Source: Paraspadella gotoi (taxonomy: Eukaryota; Animalia; Chaetognatha). Taken from it: a DNA stretch of 64,000 nt. The translations under genes and the position numbers were made by a program. The DNA is taken from contig CM119271.1 of assembly GCA_051294375.1 (NCBI GenBank), forward strand, positions 16,387,973-16,451,972. Direction: 5' to 3'. Of the stretch, positions 1 through 11,264 are shown one piece after another. The notes beneath the pieces are model-generated. The model did no database searches, had not been told where the DNA came from, and saw nothing but the letters and a program-made list of their open reading frames with translations. Position 1 is the stretch's first letter. Every line of letters starts with the position of its first letter.

Positions 1-122
1 TGCGAGCACACCCGGGAACCTCTCGTCGGCGGACAGATTCTTCGACACTCCTCCATGGAGCGGAACCGGTTGTCGTTTCCGCCGCATCCGCCGTAGTAGA
101 AGGGAAGGCATTGACCGAGGGT
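1..122 (-). CDS. Ppn: Papilin-like, exon 12 (end of Kunitz 6, start of next; runs off the window)
   Basis: atccag|[40 protein letters not shown]. Confidence 0.9.
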
Positions 123-510
123 CTGGATGACAACAAATTCATTCGTCTATATTAGACTTACATTTTTATAAAACTAGCCATTTGGCTTAGCCATTTTAAA
201 CGTTGCTTCTATAAAACTCAATACAATACAATACAAAATGTGAATCGACTTTAAAGAGAAAATTATTAATTACAAATTGCTAATGAAATGAACTAATTTA
301 ATTATTAATCGTCAAATATATGTCTGAAGGAACTATAAATTTTAGTTTGGATTGAAAACTGGTCGGTCGATTTTACTTTTAGACATTAGATATTAGCTAT
401 GCATTTTATCATTTTATAACCCTGTTGTGCCTTTCTAATTACTTGACATTTTCCGAGCTCTTACTGGACTTTTTCCAAAAATTCATTTGAATTAGTAAAA
501 CATATATTTT

Positions 511-1931
511 TAGTCGGATCTGCTTATCAGCAGATCCCGCTCTATAATTCACTTTGTCGGTCCGTCAGTCCGCCCCCTCATATTTGTCGGGCACTAACTT
601 ATATCATGTCAGAACATCGAATTATGATAAATTACGCAAAAAAAATGATGTCCGTCAGTCCGTCTGTCCCACCTTAGCAAAAAAACACCAATTACTCGTG
701 ATTGGATGGATGGTTTGGAATGAAATTGTGTGTGTGGGTAGGGAAGTGTGTGATTGAGCTGTATATGAAGTTTCAATGGAATCATCCGAGTGGAAATGAG
801 TTTAAATGGAAAAAACAATTTACATTTTCTTGAATCTTTTTTATTTATGATTACTAATAAATGTTTTAATTAATTAATTAATTAATTAATTAATTAATTA
901 ATTAATTAATTTAAAAAATGATGTCAAGTTGAAAAAATGATGCAAGTTGAAAAAATGATAGCAAGTTGAAAAAATGATGCAAGTTGAAAAAAATGATGCA
1001 AGTTGAAAAATATAGTGCAAGTTGAAAAAATGATGCAAGTTGAAAAAATGATGCAAGTTGAAAAAATGATGCAAGTTGAAAAAATGATGCAAGTTGAAAA
1101 AATGATGCAAGTTGAAAAAATGATGCTGCAGTTGAATGTTAAGATTGAAAAATGATGCAAGTTGAAAAAATGATGCAAGTTGAAAATGTATGGCAAGTTG
1201 AAAAATGATGCAGTTGAAAAAATTATGCAAGTTGAAAAAATTATGCAAGTTGAAAAAATTATGCAAGTTGAAAAAATTATGCAAGTTGAAAAAATTATGC
1301 AAGTTGAAAAAATTATGCAAGTTGAAAAAATTATGCAAGTTGAAAAAATTATGAAGTTGAAAAAATTATGCAAGTTGAAAAAATTATGCAAGTTGAAAAA
1401 ATTATGCAAGTTGAAAAAATTATGCAAGTTGAAAAATATTGCAAGTTGAAAAAATTATGCAAGTTGAAAAAGTTATGAAGTTGAAAAAATTATGCAAGTT
1501 GAAAAAATTATGCAAGTGAAAAATATGCAAGTTGAAAATATGCAGTTGAAAAATTATGCAAGTTGAAAAATATATGCAAGTTGAAAAAATTATGTGAAGT
1601 TGAAAAAATTATGCAAGTTGAAAAAATGAGCCCATAGCAAAATTTGATTTATAATAATGATGTCATAATTGTGTGTCAAAAGATGAGTCTTGTTAATATA
1701 ATTGAGTGTTGCGTGAAAAAAATGATGCAAGTTGAAAAAATGATGCGAATGGTAAAAATGATGTAAATTGAAGAAATGATGAGTTAAAAAATGTGCGTGG
1801 AAAAAATGATGCGAGTTCAAAAAATGATACGAATTAAAAAAATTTTAAAAAATATTGTGATTTATCATCTGATTAGCAGATTACCGCCTAATTATTGTAG
1901 GCAGATCCGACATTGTTTGCTCAAACTTGGT
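511..1931 (+). mobile_element. Helentron-associated / DINE-1-like non-autonomous element with internal satellite
   Basis: Starts after a T run. SubTIR gtcggatctgc (513-523) / gcagatccgac (1901-1911), short 5' inverted repeat, GTCY microsatellite, central 18-bp tandem array, 3' hairpin gtttg-ct-caaac. Several related copies in the window. Confidence 0.7.
915..1830. repeat. 18-bp tandem repeat (tgcaagttgaaaaaatga / ...aaatta)
   Basis: Array visible directly; also present at about 53240-53600. Confidence 0.95.
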
Positions 1932-2351
1932 TTCTTAAAAATTAGTATAATATAAAATAATATTTGAAGAACCGATTTCATTTCTTGCAATTATGAATGG
2001 CTCTAAGGGAAGCAGACCCTTTTTGCAAATTTTGTAATGAACTGTGCTGCTGCATTGTTGAGTTTAGCGAGAAAAAAATGATGCGCCAAAGTTGATAGGT
2101 CAACTATTTCCAGCATAAATTTTATTCGAGTATATTTCTTATTCTTATTCTTCTTCCTTTACTTCATCTACAAATCAAAAGTGAAAACAAGTTTTATTGA
2201 ATTTTTTTATTTTTTAAGACGTAAATTCTTTGAATTTTCCACATAATGCTATTATGCTCAATGCTCAACAATAACAAATCATAAATAACCTTAATCACAA
2301 AACAAATTATCCTCTCCACCCCTTTCTGTTCAGACTTTTAGATATTTTGAA

Positions 2352-2460
2352 ATGACTCTTTCACAAGAATGATGTCTTGTATCTAATTAGAAAACTAGGG
2401 CAGAGAGTAACTTTTAACTGTGTTGTATAGATGCTCCCTCTATTTCCTGAAGACAACATT
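2352..2460. repeat. Interspersed repeat with an inverted copy at about 18495-18605
   Basis: gtatagatgctccctctatttcctgaagacaaca matches the reverse complement of tgttgtcttctggaaatagagggagcatctatac, and the flanks also match. Confidence 0.7.
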
Positions 2461-2808
2461 ACATTATAAAAAAATATACTTTATATAAAAAATATAAGTA
2501 AATCTAATATATGGTTAAAATTTTACATTTATTTTAAAGTTTAAAGTCTACATTTCTGTTAAAAAAAAAAAGGACACCCAAAAACATTATGAAAATTAAT
2601 AAAGTTAGATTCCTTTAAAATAAAAGGTATTATAAATGAATAATAGTCATGGAAAAAAGAACTATCGGTGTATATTAACATACGTGGCTATCCGTTACTA
2701 AGCAGTGATTTTTTAAAAGTAACTACTCGGTTACAAGTACTACTCAAACAGAATATCAGAGCAAAAGGAAATTAAGGTATTTTAAAACATCTTGTATTTA
2801 AGGTGCTG

Positions 2809-3678
2809 CACAGTGATCCAAAAAAAAATTAAAACCGGATAAAAGCCACCTGAACATACGGGCATAAATGCATATTCAGTCTTTCCATAGTAATGGTACA
2901 AAGTCTTAAGTAAGATAACAGTTTCCAAAAATTATTCTTTCTCAAGTTATAAGCAAATCTCTATTTCGGGTGAGTCTTTGAGAGGTTTGTTTCACCCAGA
3001 TAGGTGGAAGAAAAAATTATTTGACTTTGTTATGATTATAGCTTTTTGTCTAGTTTGTTAATAAATAAAAAAAAGATTTTTATATTATGTCACTGTGTAT
3101 GATATGAAAAACATAGTAAAAACTCATCGAATTTCAACCGATTTCAATCAACCAGATTTAGTTCCTAATGATACATCTTATTACTAATCAGTTATTAATT
3201 AAATCTCATCCGCATTTGTCCGCCCTTTTGAGAAATTTAAAAATTCTTTTCATTCAAAAATAATAAAAAAGAATTCGATATTCTTCAGAAATTACCATAT
3301 GATTCTTTTCTTTGACCGATTTTCCGAACTTAATTTGCTTAACGCACTTTTAAAAAGATTAAATTAATGATTTTATATTTAGCAAATATACACCTATTAC
3401 TTATAATATAATAAAAAAAAAATATTAAGTTGGATCAATTTCTTTTTAATATCAAAATTATAAATCAAAAGTTGTTCAACTACCATAAATGATTTCTTTA
3501 AGAACCAAATTTGGTGGTAAATGAATTTTTTCTCCATATTTTTTCAAATCACTTTTAATTATTTGAAACGTTTCTAACAACCTCAGAGGGCATATATGAT
3601 AATCAGCATACGAGAAAAAGTTGTTTTTGCCAAAAAAGAGAGGTTTATCCGGAAATTAAGGCCATTTGGATCACTGTG
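2809..3678. mobile_element. Non-autonomous Transib-type DNA transposon (870 bp)
   Basis: TIR CACAGTGATCCAAA at both ends, with shared ccggataaa further in. 5-bp TSD TGCTG at 2804-2808 and 3679-3683. Confidence 0.85.
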
Positions 3679-4141
3679 TGCTGTAGCTCTGGATGACTGG
3701 ACCGATTTTCTTTCAAGTAACACATATGGATTCCTCTTTCAAAAGTTCTTATTTCCCATTCATCATTTTTTTTTCAAAAACAAATACAATACCCATAAAT
3801 TAAGGCTATTCCGTTTCTGGCAAATCTTCAAAAATGATTTTTTGTAGTGACTGAAATGACGAATGTTTTTGACCACTTTCGGGAACTATAGCTCTTTAAT
3901 GCTTGGACCGATTTTTTTTTTAACTAACACATGGATTTTCCATTTCAAAATCTACATATCATTTATATTTTTTTATAATATGAGCGTAAAACAAGCACAA
4001 CTTAAGTTTGAAGAGCGTCCTATTTTTTTTTGCACAGGACTCTAATATAATAAAACAAGTAATCTTACGTTGCAATTTTTCGTAATAGTTAGCTATTCAA
4101 ATAAGTTTTTAAATCAATGAAAAAAACCAAAGCTTTGGCAC

Positions 4142-4331
4142 CTGATTGAAACCGTATCTCAATTCCCAATTGGAGCAGGTGCCGGGGAGCGTCGGCAAGG
4201 TGCAGACGTTGTCGGTCTCCGCGTTTCGACAGGTGCGTCGGCAATCCGCCAAAGTCTCGAAACGGTTGGCGTTGCCGCGGCAGCCGGTGTAGGCGAAAGG
4301 TTTGCAAGTTCGTTCCACGCGGTCAAAGTAC
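4142..4331 (-). CDS. Ppn: Papilin-like, exon 11 (Kunitz 5/6)
   Basis: gctag|(W)YFDRVERTCKPFAYTGCRGNANRFETLADCRRTC...CTLPTLPGTCSNWELRYGFNQ|gtgcc. Confidence 0.9.
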
Positions 4332-4549
4332 CTAGCGGGGCAGAATGGGGGGGAGATGGAAAGTAGGTAGTTAATTTTAATTAAATTTAATTTAATAACT
4401 TAACTAAGACGATAATAATGGAGAAGTATTAAAATCATTAAATTATACATACAAGTTTAACCTTTTCACAGCATCCAACTTTGTTTTACCAATAACTACT
4501 GTACCGCTATGCCATCTCCCATGCCATTTTCCCTGTCATCTACAAGTAC

Positions 4550-4677
4550 CAGCGTGGGAAAGAAGAAGTGCAGTCCCCTTCGGCCTTGGCGAGGCCACAA
4601 ACTTCCTCGACCGTCAGTTGGAGGCCGTGACAAGTTTTGGTGCACTCGGCTAAAGTGAAGAACTTGTTAGCGTTGCC
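4550..4677 (-). CDS. Ppn: Papilin-like, exon 10 (Kunitz 4/5)
   Basis: ctccag|GNANKFFTLAECTKTCHGLQLTVEEVCGLAKAEGDCTSSFPR TG|gtactt. Confidence 0.9.
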
Positions 4678-5279
4678 CTGGAGACGGGGGGGGGGAGAAA
4701 CAATGGATAGGTCGGGGAAATTTAAAGTGAATAGGCATATTAATGATGAGATATAATACCCATATCCAATATTAAAAATACAAAACCTATACTAGATTGC
4801 AAAAGGAGCTTTTGATAAAATAAATATTGAAAATCTCATTTGCATATAGCGAACTTTTTTAATCATTCAATGTATTTTGTCTTCTGATCAATGTTTTTAT
4901 TTATTTTTACCTTTTACCTGTTACTAGAAATACCTACATTTTCTAAAATTTTAATATTTTAGAAAACGTATCTTTGACATATTGAAATAATAACTTGTCT
5001 TTTGTTTTTGTTGAATTTTAAAATATTTTTCATCAAAAAATAGTTTTAACGGGACATGGGGCAAAGGTCAGGTTAAGAAATAAATTAGGTTTTACTTTAA
5101 GATCTGTTATATTCAGGATGAGAGCAGAGAGGATTAGACATGTCGAGACGGCGGTTTACAGACTATGGAAAATATTTGCTATTGTTGTTGGCGGAAAGTG
5201 CATCGCCAGGTTGAGGCATGTCGCCTGAAAGTGTTGTTGTTGCTGTTGTGTTGGGAAGTCGGGCTCACCAATGAAGAGA

Positions 5280-5473
5280 CAGTAATTATTGTTATATGTT
5301 AGTGACAGAACCATTCAATATATGCAGTCCCTGAGCTTCGGATCAGGCTGTAACACCGTGTAACAGGCGGGCTAAGCGCCCCGCCCCTCTTAACTGCCAG
5401 TCAAACACCGGGCTAGAACCCCGGACCTTTGGGTTGGGAGGCGAATGACTTGCCTCCGGCACCAATGGCCGCT
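5280..5473 (-). mobile_element. tRNA-derived SINE (head and body); partial second copy at about 21735-21820
   Basis: Minus strand has an A-box-like tggtgccggagg and a B-box ggttctagccc. The body ccctgagcttcggatcaggctgtaacaccgtg recurs at 21781. Confidence 0.6.
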
Positions 5474-7372
5474 GATGAACGGTTGGTGGATTTTAGTCCA
5501 CCATAATCTGTTAGTTAGTGTGTTATAATTTTTATTTTTTAGTATCATAGTGTGTATTTTTTCTCTTGTCTATCTTTATGAAGTAGCTCTTTGTATCTTT
5601 TAGCGTTTTAATTGATTTTGCATGCTGAATTTTATTTTATTGTTGGTTGTAGTCTTTTTATGTTTTATGGTTGTTTAGCGTTGTGGTCCCTCTCTCATTT
5701 ACAGTTAAAATTTTCAAAATTTAATTTACAAATTAATTTACATTTTTATATCATTAATGCTCTTGTTTTGACTTTTAATAACTTTAAGGTTTTTACTTTA
5801 GGGTTATCACATATCATTTTATAACATTTCATGTTTTTGTTTCATATTGTATGTTTTTGAATATTATTTTTGAACGTTTTTTATTAATGTTGATTCTATT
5901 TTATACTTGACGTTTTTCGTTTTTACTGTTCCTGGTTTGTATGATTTTCAACATCTGATCTTGGAACGTTCTTGAATGTTATAATTTATTGTTTTTCATG
6001 AATCAGTTTGTAGAAAATCTTTTAATATTTTCTATGCCAGCGCGAAATCAAACGTTTTAAGTTTGAAATTTCGCCCGAAACGAATTGTTTAACGAGAGTT
6101 CATGAGAGAAAAGTCACTTTGTAATACAAAGTGTATATTTAAACATTTTGAAGAGATTCGCCTCGTATTTTGTGTCCTTTTTTGGTCACTCTCTCTCTCA
6201 ATCATAGCCAGTTTTTGATACCTGTCATTTATATTTTTACCTTTGGCATTTTTTGAGACCGTTTCAGTTGTTTTGTGAACATTTTGGATACACGTCGCTC
6301 GGCCGAAAACCGTTGTTTTTTCGAGTTTTCACTACTTTATTTTTGTCACGGTATTTCCACGTTCTGCTACGTTTGTTTCACCGAAAATATATGTTTACCT
6401 TGGGAAATTCGTGTTCTACACTTAGCGGAGATTCTTCAGTCAGTGAAACTCTTGTCATAACCCTTTTTTGGACGGCGACGCTTTTCGAAACGCCTTGGGA
6501 CGCAAGCGTGGAGACTGATAGTTTCTACACATTATTAAGGAAAATCCGCCAGAAAACTCGTAAAGACAATATTTCCTCTGGGCGAAACACATTCAAATGA
6601 GTTTTAAAACGAAACTAACTTCATAAAAATCTCTCTCGGAATACGAGTGACCTATGAAAAATATGAGGGACCGAAAAACAGATCTTTGAATTGGCCAAAC
6701 GACCTTAAAAAGAGAGGCGAGGCGTGATATCCTTATCATACAGATCTGCTCAAAAAAAGTTTAAACTTTGAACCCCTCGCTTATTTGTCGTCCTATTAAT
6801 TAAAACTTGGTTTCAGTTGAAAACCAAGACAAATATCTTTCATTCGAGCCCATGACGAGGTTTTTAGGCTAAATATTATAGAAGTAGTGCTAAAAAGGAT
6901 CGAAATTTTGTCTTCCCTTTTATTACCAAAAAAATTCTTTTGATTCATCTTTGTTTTTTGTTTTTTTAAATTTTTTCAGTTAAATTTAAGACAAGTAAAT
7001 ATCGTTTAATTTATTTAGGAATTGGACTCTCAAAATACTTAAATATTTAAACTGTTTTATAAAAAAAAATCTTAAATGTATAAGGATCGAGCCTGCAAGT
7101 AAAAATAAAGATCACGCAAGAGATCGTACAGAAGAGAGACAGAAAGAGAGAGACAGAGAAAGCTGGACAGCCGCGGGAAGGTCGCTGTACAGTCACTGCA
7201 GAGCCTGAACTCGCTTTTAAACGATTCAGAAAAGGCAGCGCCTGACAGAAATAAGAAGAAAAATAGATGTGTAGAGGTACATTTATTAGCAATGATACAA
7301 TATTAGAGACATGTTATTACAATGAGAGATCTTAAAAGAACTAAAGGTAGAGAGCGCGGCACTGATCAAGTA

Positions 7373-7404
<32 letters not shown>

Positions 7405-8003
7405 AGAGAGAGAGATCAGATCAGTAGCCGGCTTCCCGAGCGACCACCGAACAGAGTGGCCAACTGGGGTCAAATCCGTGGCGACGAAAACGTCGTCGCC
7501 ACAGATGTATATTTTAAAAAAATAAAAGAAAGGCAAAAAAAATGTTACAATTGTTTACAATTGGAAATTGTTACAATTTTTTCCAATCATAGTCATAGGT
7601 TGTAAAAGATTTTATTTTTATTTGTATTAAAATTAAGATATAGCCTCTCATTAAAAAGGTCTTTTGATTTCACATGTTTTTTATTGATTCAAAAATTTTC
7701 TTATGAATTTCATCTTCAATATTATGTAAATTAGATTAAAGCATTTCTGTATACTAATTTGGATATTATGAATCTCATTTGCATATTGCAGTAAATCATA
7801 ATGAAGTGGAAATACAAACAAAAATACTTGAATCCAAATGTAATATGAAAATTTCAAGATGAGAAGCCATATCTAAATTTTAACTTACTATGATCGCACA
7901 CTTTTATAAAAACTTCGTGTTTTTTTCCTTTCTGTTTCGTTGTGATTTGATTTAGAACAAAGTTTGAAGAGAGATTTAACAACGTATTTTTATTTCATAG
8001 TGA

Positions 8004-8045
8004 AACGGACATGTTTCGACTCACATACGAGTCTTCTTCAGCGCC
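8004..8045 (-). ncRNA. Minimal hammerhead ribozyme motif (inverted copy)
   Basis: Reverse complement of 9370-9411. Confidence 0.75.
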
Positions 8046-8740
8046 AATTCAATTTGTGAATTTGAAGAGAATTTTGTGCATAAAGAAGAGAGAGAGAGAG
8101 AGAGAGACAGAGCAAAGTTTCCAACACAGAGTTTGAGAGAAAGGATAGTGTTCAGTTTTTTATTAGGGACAGGTGAAGGTGAGGACAGAGATAGTTTGTG
8201 AAAAGAAATTGAAATGGAGAGAGAGAGAGAGAGAGAGAGACAGTGCCTTAAAATATATTACATTATGAAATGTACAACAATGTTAAAATTTGGTAAACTT
8301 TAATAATGAATAATATCAACAATTAGCTACAGTAATAAATTAGTGAAATGAAATAGAAGTTCAGAAATGTGAAATATTTATTGTTAGTGAGGGATAGCTA
8401 AGTAATTAGGAAAAGGGAAATTTCAAGTAATAAGAAAGAGCTCAAAAATGAGCTGGCCCCCCTTGGTTATGAACAAATGAAAGGCTAGATTGATAAGGTC
8501 GGGTCATTGGTGTGTCATTGGCTGAGAGGACAGGTTGGTGGAGCCTACTAGTGCAGAGCTGGGAAGACTTCCTTGCGGGAAGAAACCAAAGGCTACTCGG
8601 ATGTCTCTCTGGCCTGGTACGCCTGCCGACTGCCCTCTTCTTGCCTGCTGGCGAGGTGGGCGGCTGTCCATTCTTGCCACTTTCGCGACAGGAGTGGTGG
8701 CCTCCCCCCTTCCTCCTGCAGCCGTCGCTTTGGGCGGCGC

Positions 8741-9202
8741 TCAGTCCACAGAGGAAGGGAATGAGTTGCTGCAGTTGAAGGAGAGGTATCGTCTGCCCCA
8801 TTGCCTGCGCAAGGGTCTCCGCCTATCTCGTTGAGTGGAGATGGGGGAATCATTGTGCGGACGTGGTGGAGACGGGGCCTCCACCACGCTTTTGATAAGC
8901 GAATCATAGCTTGGAGGGAGATCGAATCGTCCTCCATCACGGTTCAAAGAGGGCTCGAGGGCTTTGATGTAGATTGCCTCTCTAATACCTCTTGAAAACC
9001 AGCTTGGGTCATGGGACAGCACGAGACAGTCTGATTCTCTGAATAGATGGCCAGTATTAGCCGTGTGTTCGGCTATAGCAGATAGGTAGTGGCCTCTAGC
9101 GTCACGATAGGGTCTCGTATGCTGCTGGAATCGGTCTGTTAGAGACTTTCCTGTCTCGCCCACGTATGCTGCTGTGCAGGCTTGGTTGCCCGCCCCTGCA
9201 CA
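8741..9202 (-). pseudogene. Penelope-like GIY-YIG endonuclease domain fragment
   Basis: C-x7-C..YVGETGKSLTDRFQQH...SAIAEH...H.F...RGIREAIYIKALEPSLNRDGG; no RT domain upstream. Confidence 0.9.
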
Positions 9203-9369
9203 GGCCGCCCAAACAAACTATCTCTGTCCTCACCTTCACCTGTCCCTAATAAAAAAACTGAACCCTATCCTTTCTCTCAAACTCTGTGTTGGAAACTTTG
9301 CTCTGTCTCTCTCTCTCTCTCTCTCTTTCTTTATGCACAAAATTTCTCTTCAAATTCACAAATTGAATT

Positions 9370-9411
9370 GGCGCTGAAGAAGACTCGTATGTGAGTCGAA
9401 ACATGTCCGTT
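9370..9411 (+). ncRNA. Minimal type I hammerhead ribozyme motif (PLE-associated)
   Basis: ggcg-CUGAAGA-a-gacuc(guaugu)gaguc-GAAAC-au-GUC-cguu; palindromic ACAUGU in stem III. Confidence 0.75.
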
Positions 9412-9681
9412 TCACTATGAAATAAAAATCGTTGTTAAATCTCTCTTCAAACTTTGTTCTAAAACTTCATCGTAATTCATAATAATTTTTATTTAAAAAA
9501 AAAACGGTAAGTCCCAGCCAAAACTATAAAAGCGTAGTAGTTTTTATATAAAAAAGCGTGACGACGACGACAACGACAACTACGTCACATAGAAGCCTGG
9601 CCCGTCTTGGCGAGATAAAAATTTATTCTGTAAAACCACATTGTACAACCCTACTTCCAACAGCTCCGTCCTAATCCTCAC

Positions 9682-9966
9682 CTGACATCCTCCGTATTCC
9701 AGCGGACGACAGGTAGACTCCAAGATGTCGAAATGCCACATCGAGATGTTGGCCGTGCAGGGACCTCGAACCTTCGGCAGCATGCACACTTCCCGTCGAT
9801 TAGCTCGAGCGCACCTCATCTGACACGACTCCCTCGTAGCGAAGCGGTTGGCGTTACCTTTGCAGCCGCCGTAGCGGAATGAGCGGCATTCTCCGGACGC
9901 TGGATCGAAGCGCCACTGTCGGAAGTTGCCGGAACAAGGGCCGGAGGACTCCGGGAGGGAACAGAC
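9682..9966 (-). CDS. Ppn: Papilin-like, exon 9 (Kunitz 3, first part of Kunitz 4)
   Basis: cccgag|VCSLPESSGPCSGNFRQWRFDPASGECRSFRYGGCKGNANRF...CMLPKVRGPCTANISMWHF...YGGCQ|gtgagg. Confidence 0.9.
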
Positions 9967-10650
9967 CTCGGGGGGAAGAAAGAAATTTAGGAATTAAGAG
10001 GAAGGAAGAAATTTAGGAATAATCTGCTTTTTTTGATATCTTTTATTTAAGAACAAAAATAAAATTCCCTGTGAGCATTAGTCAGTTTTTTTTTTCTGAT
10101 TTAATATTTTTATTTAAGTTAATATTTATACTTTTATGAATTAAACACGTGAATGTATGAAGGTAAGGGAGATGAATTCGAATGGTAAAAGTATAAAGAG
10201 TAAGATGTTTGGAAAAAAGGTAATTAAAGAATAAGAGATCAACAGGGAAAAAAAGAAATAAATTGAGAGAGAGAAAGATAGAAAAATAAAAAGTGATAGA
10301 GAGTGAGAAAGAGAAAGTCGTTGTTGTTGTTATGTTTAAAATTTTTAAAATTAAAAAAATAAATAATTAAAATTATTTTTATTTTTTTTTATTTAAATTA
10401 ATTTTTACCAAAATGATTTTGTTCAAACTTGAGATTAAGCTCGATCAACATCTTTTCTGGCCACACATAAAATATCAGATCAATCCATCAATTCACTCAA
10501 GTATAATGACAGGTTAAAGTTACAGATAGATGGATGAACAAATAGATGTATGGAAAGAGGGAAGGATTCAATTTTTTTGAATAATTTTTTATAATACAGT
10601 ATTCTAAGATGAACCAAATAATTTTCCAACAAAATATGAGGGGTGGACAG

Positions 10651-11264
10651 TAAGGCATAGTGAAAGTTACGTACGAAAATTCTAAAGGTCAATTATGAAC
10701 AACATACTATCAGTGAACATTAATTTGTAAAAAAAATTAATTTTATGTTTTTTAATTTTCGCAGTAGGCTATATTTATATATAGTACTATCCTTATAAAA
10801 TCGAAAAATTTCAAAATAAGGCTTTTCTTAATTTTGATTGCAGATTTGAATTCCTCGTCAAAAGTTGATAAAAAGAAAATATAAATTATTTTTAAAAAAT
10901 TCTTTCATTAAGTGCGGTTAAAAATTACAAAAACTATATTTAATATATAAAAAGTTAATTTTCAGCTTAAAATATAGCTTTTTCTAATTTTTGACCCACT
11001 TAATGAAGGAATTTTTTAAAAAAGAGTTATATTTCTTTTTATCAACTTTTTATGACGAATCCAAATCTGAAAAAATCTTAGAAAAAACTGTTTTGAAATT
11101 TTAACATTTATTGGATTAGTACTAGTATAAATATGGCCTACTGCGTAAATTGTAAAATTTATTATAAATTTTTTTTATACATAAATGTTTATTAGTATAA
11201 TGTTGTCGTTCCTCACTTTTAGAATTTTAATTAAAGTTAAATTTAAAAATTTTACTACGCCTTA
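10651..11264. mobile_element. hAT-type MITE (614 bp)
   Basis: Imperfect TIR taaggcatagtgaa / tttactacgcctta; 8-bp TSD gtggacag at 10643-10650 and 11265-11272; internal inverted segments. Confidence 0.8.

Larger units (their letters stand above)
7917..9460 (-). mobile_element. 5'-truncated Penelope-like element with inverted pseudo-LTRs
   Basis: About 250-bp inverted repeats (7951-8199 / 9214-9463), GIY-YIG endonuclease ORF, hammerhead motifs in both repeats. Candidate TSD aaaacttc (7909-7916, 9461-9468). Confidence 0.88.

Noticed and set aside
898-1820. ORFs with (LHNFFN)/(CIIFST) repeats
   Set aside because: Translations of the 18-bp satellite, open only because the unit length is a multiple of 3.
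5380-5473. Functional tRNA gene
   Set aside because: B-box is present but no convincing acceptor stem, and it is attached to a repeated body, so it is better explained as a SINE head.
5990-6600. Possible decayed LINE C-terminus or ORF 6253-6600
   Set aside because: Only faint motif hints with many stops; no supportable assignment.
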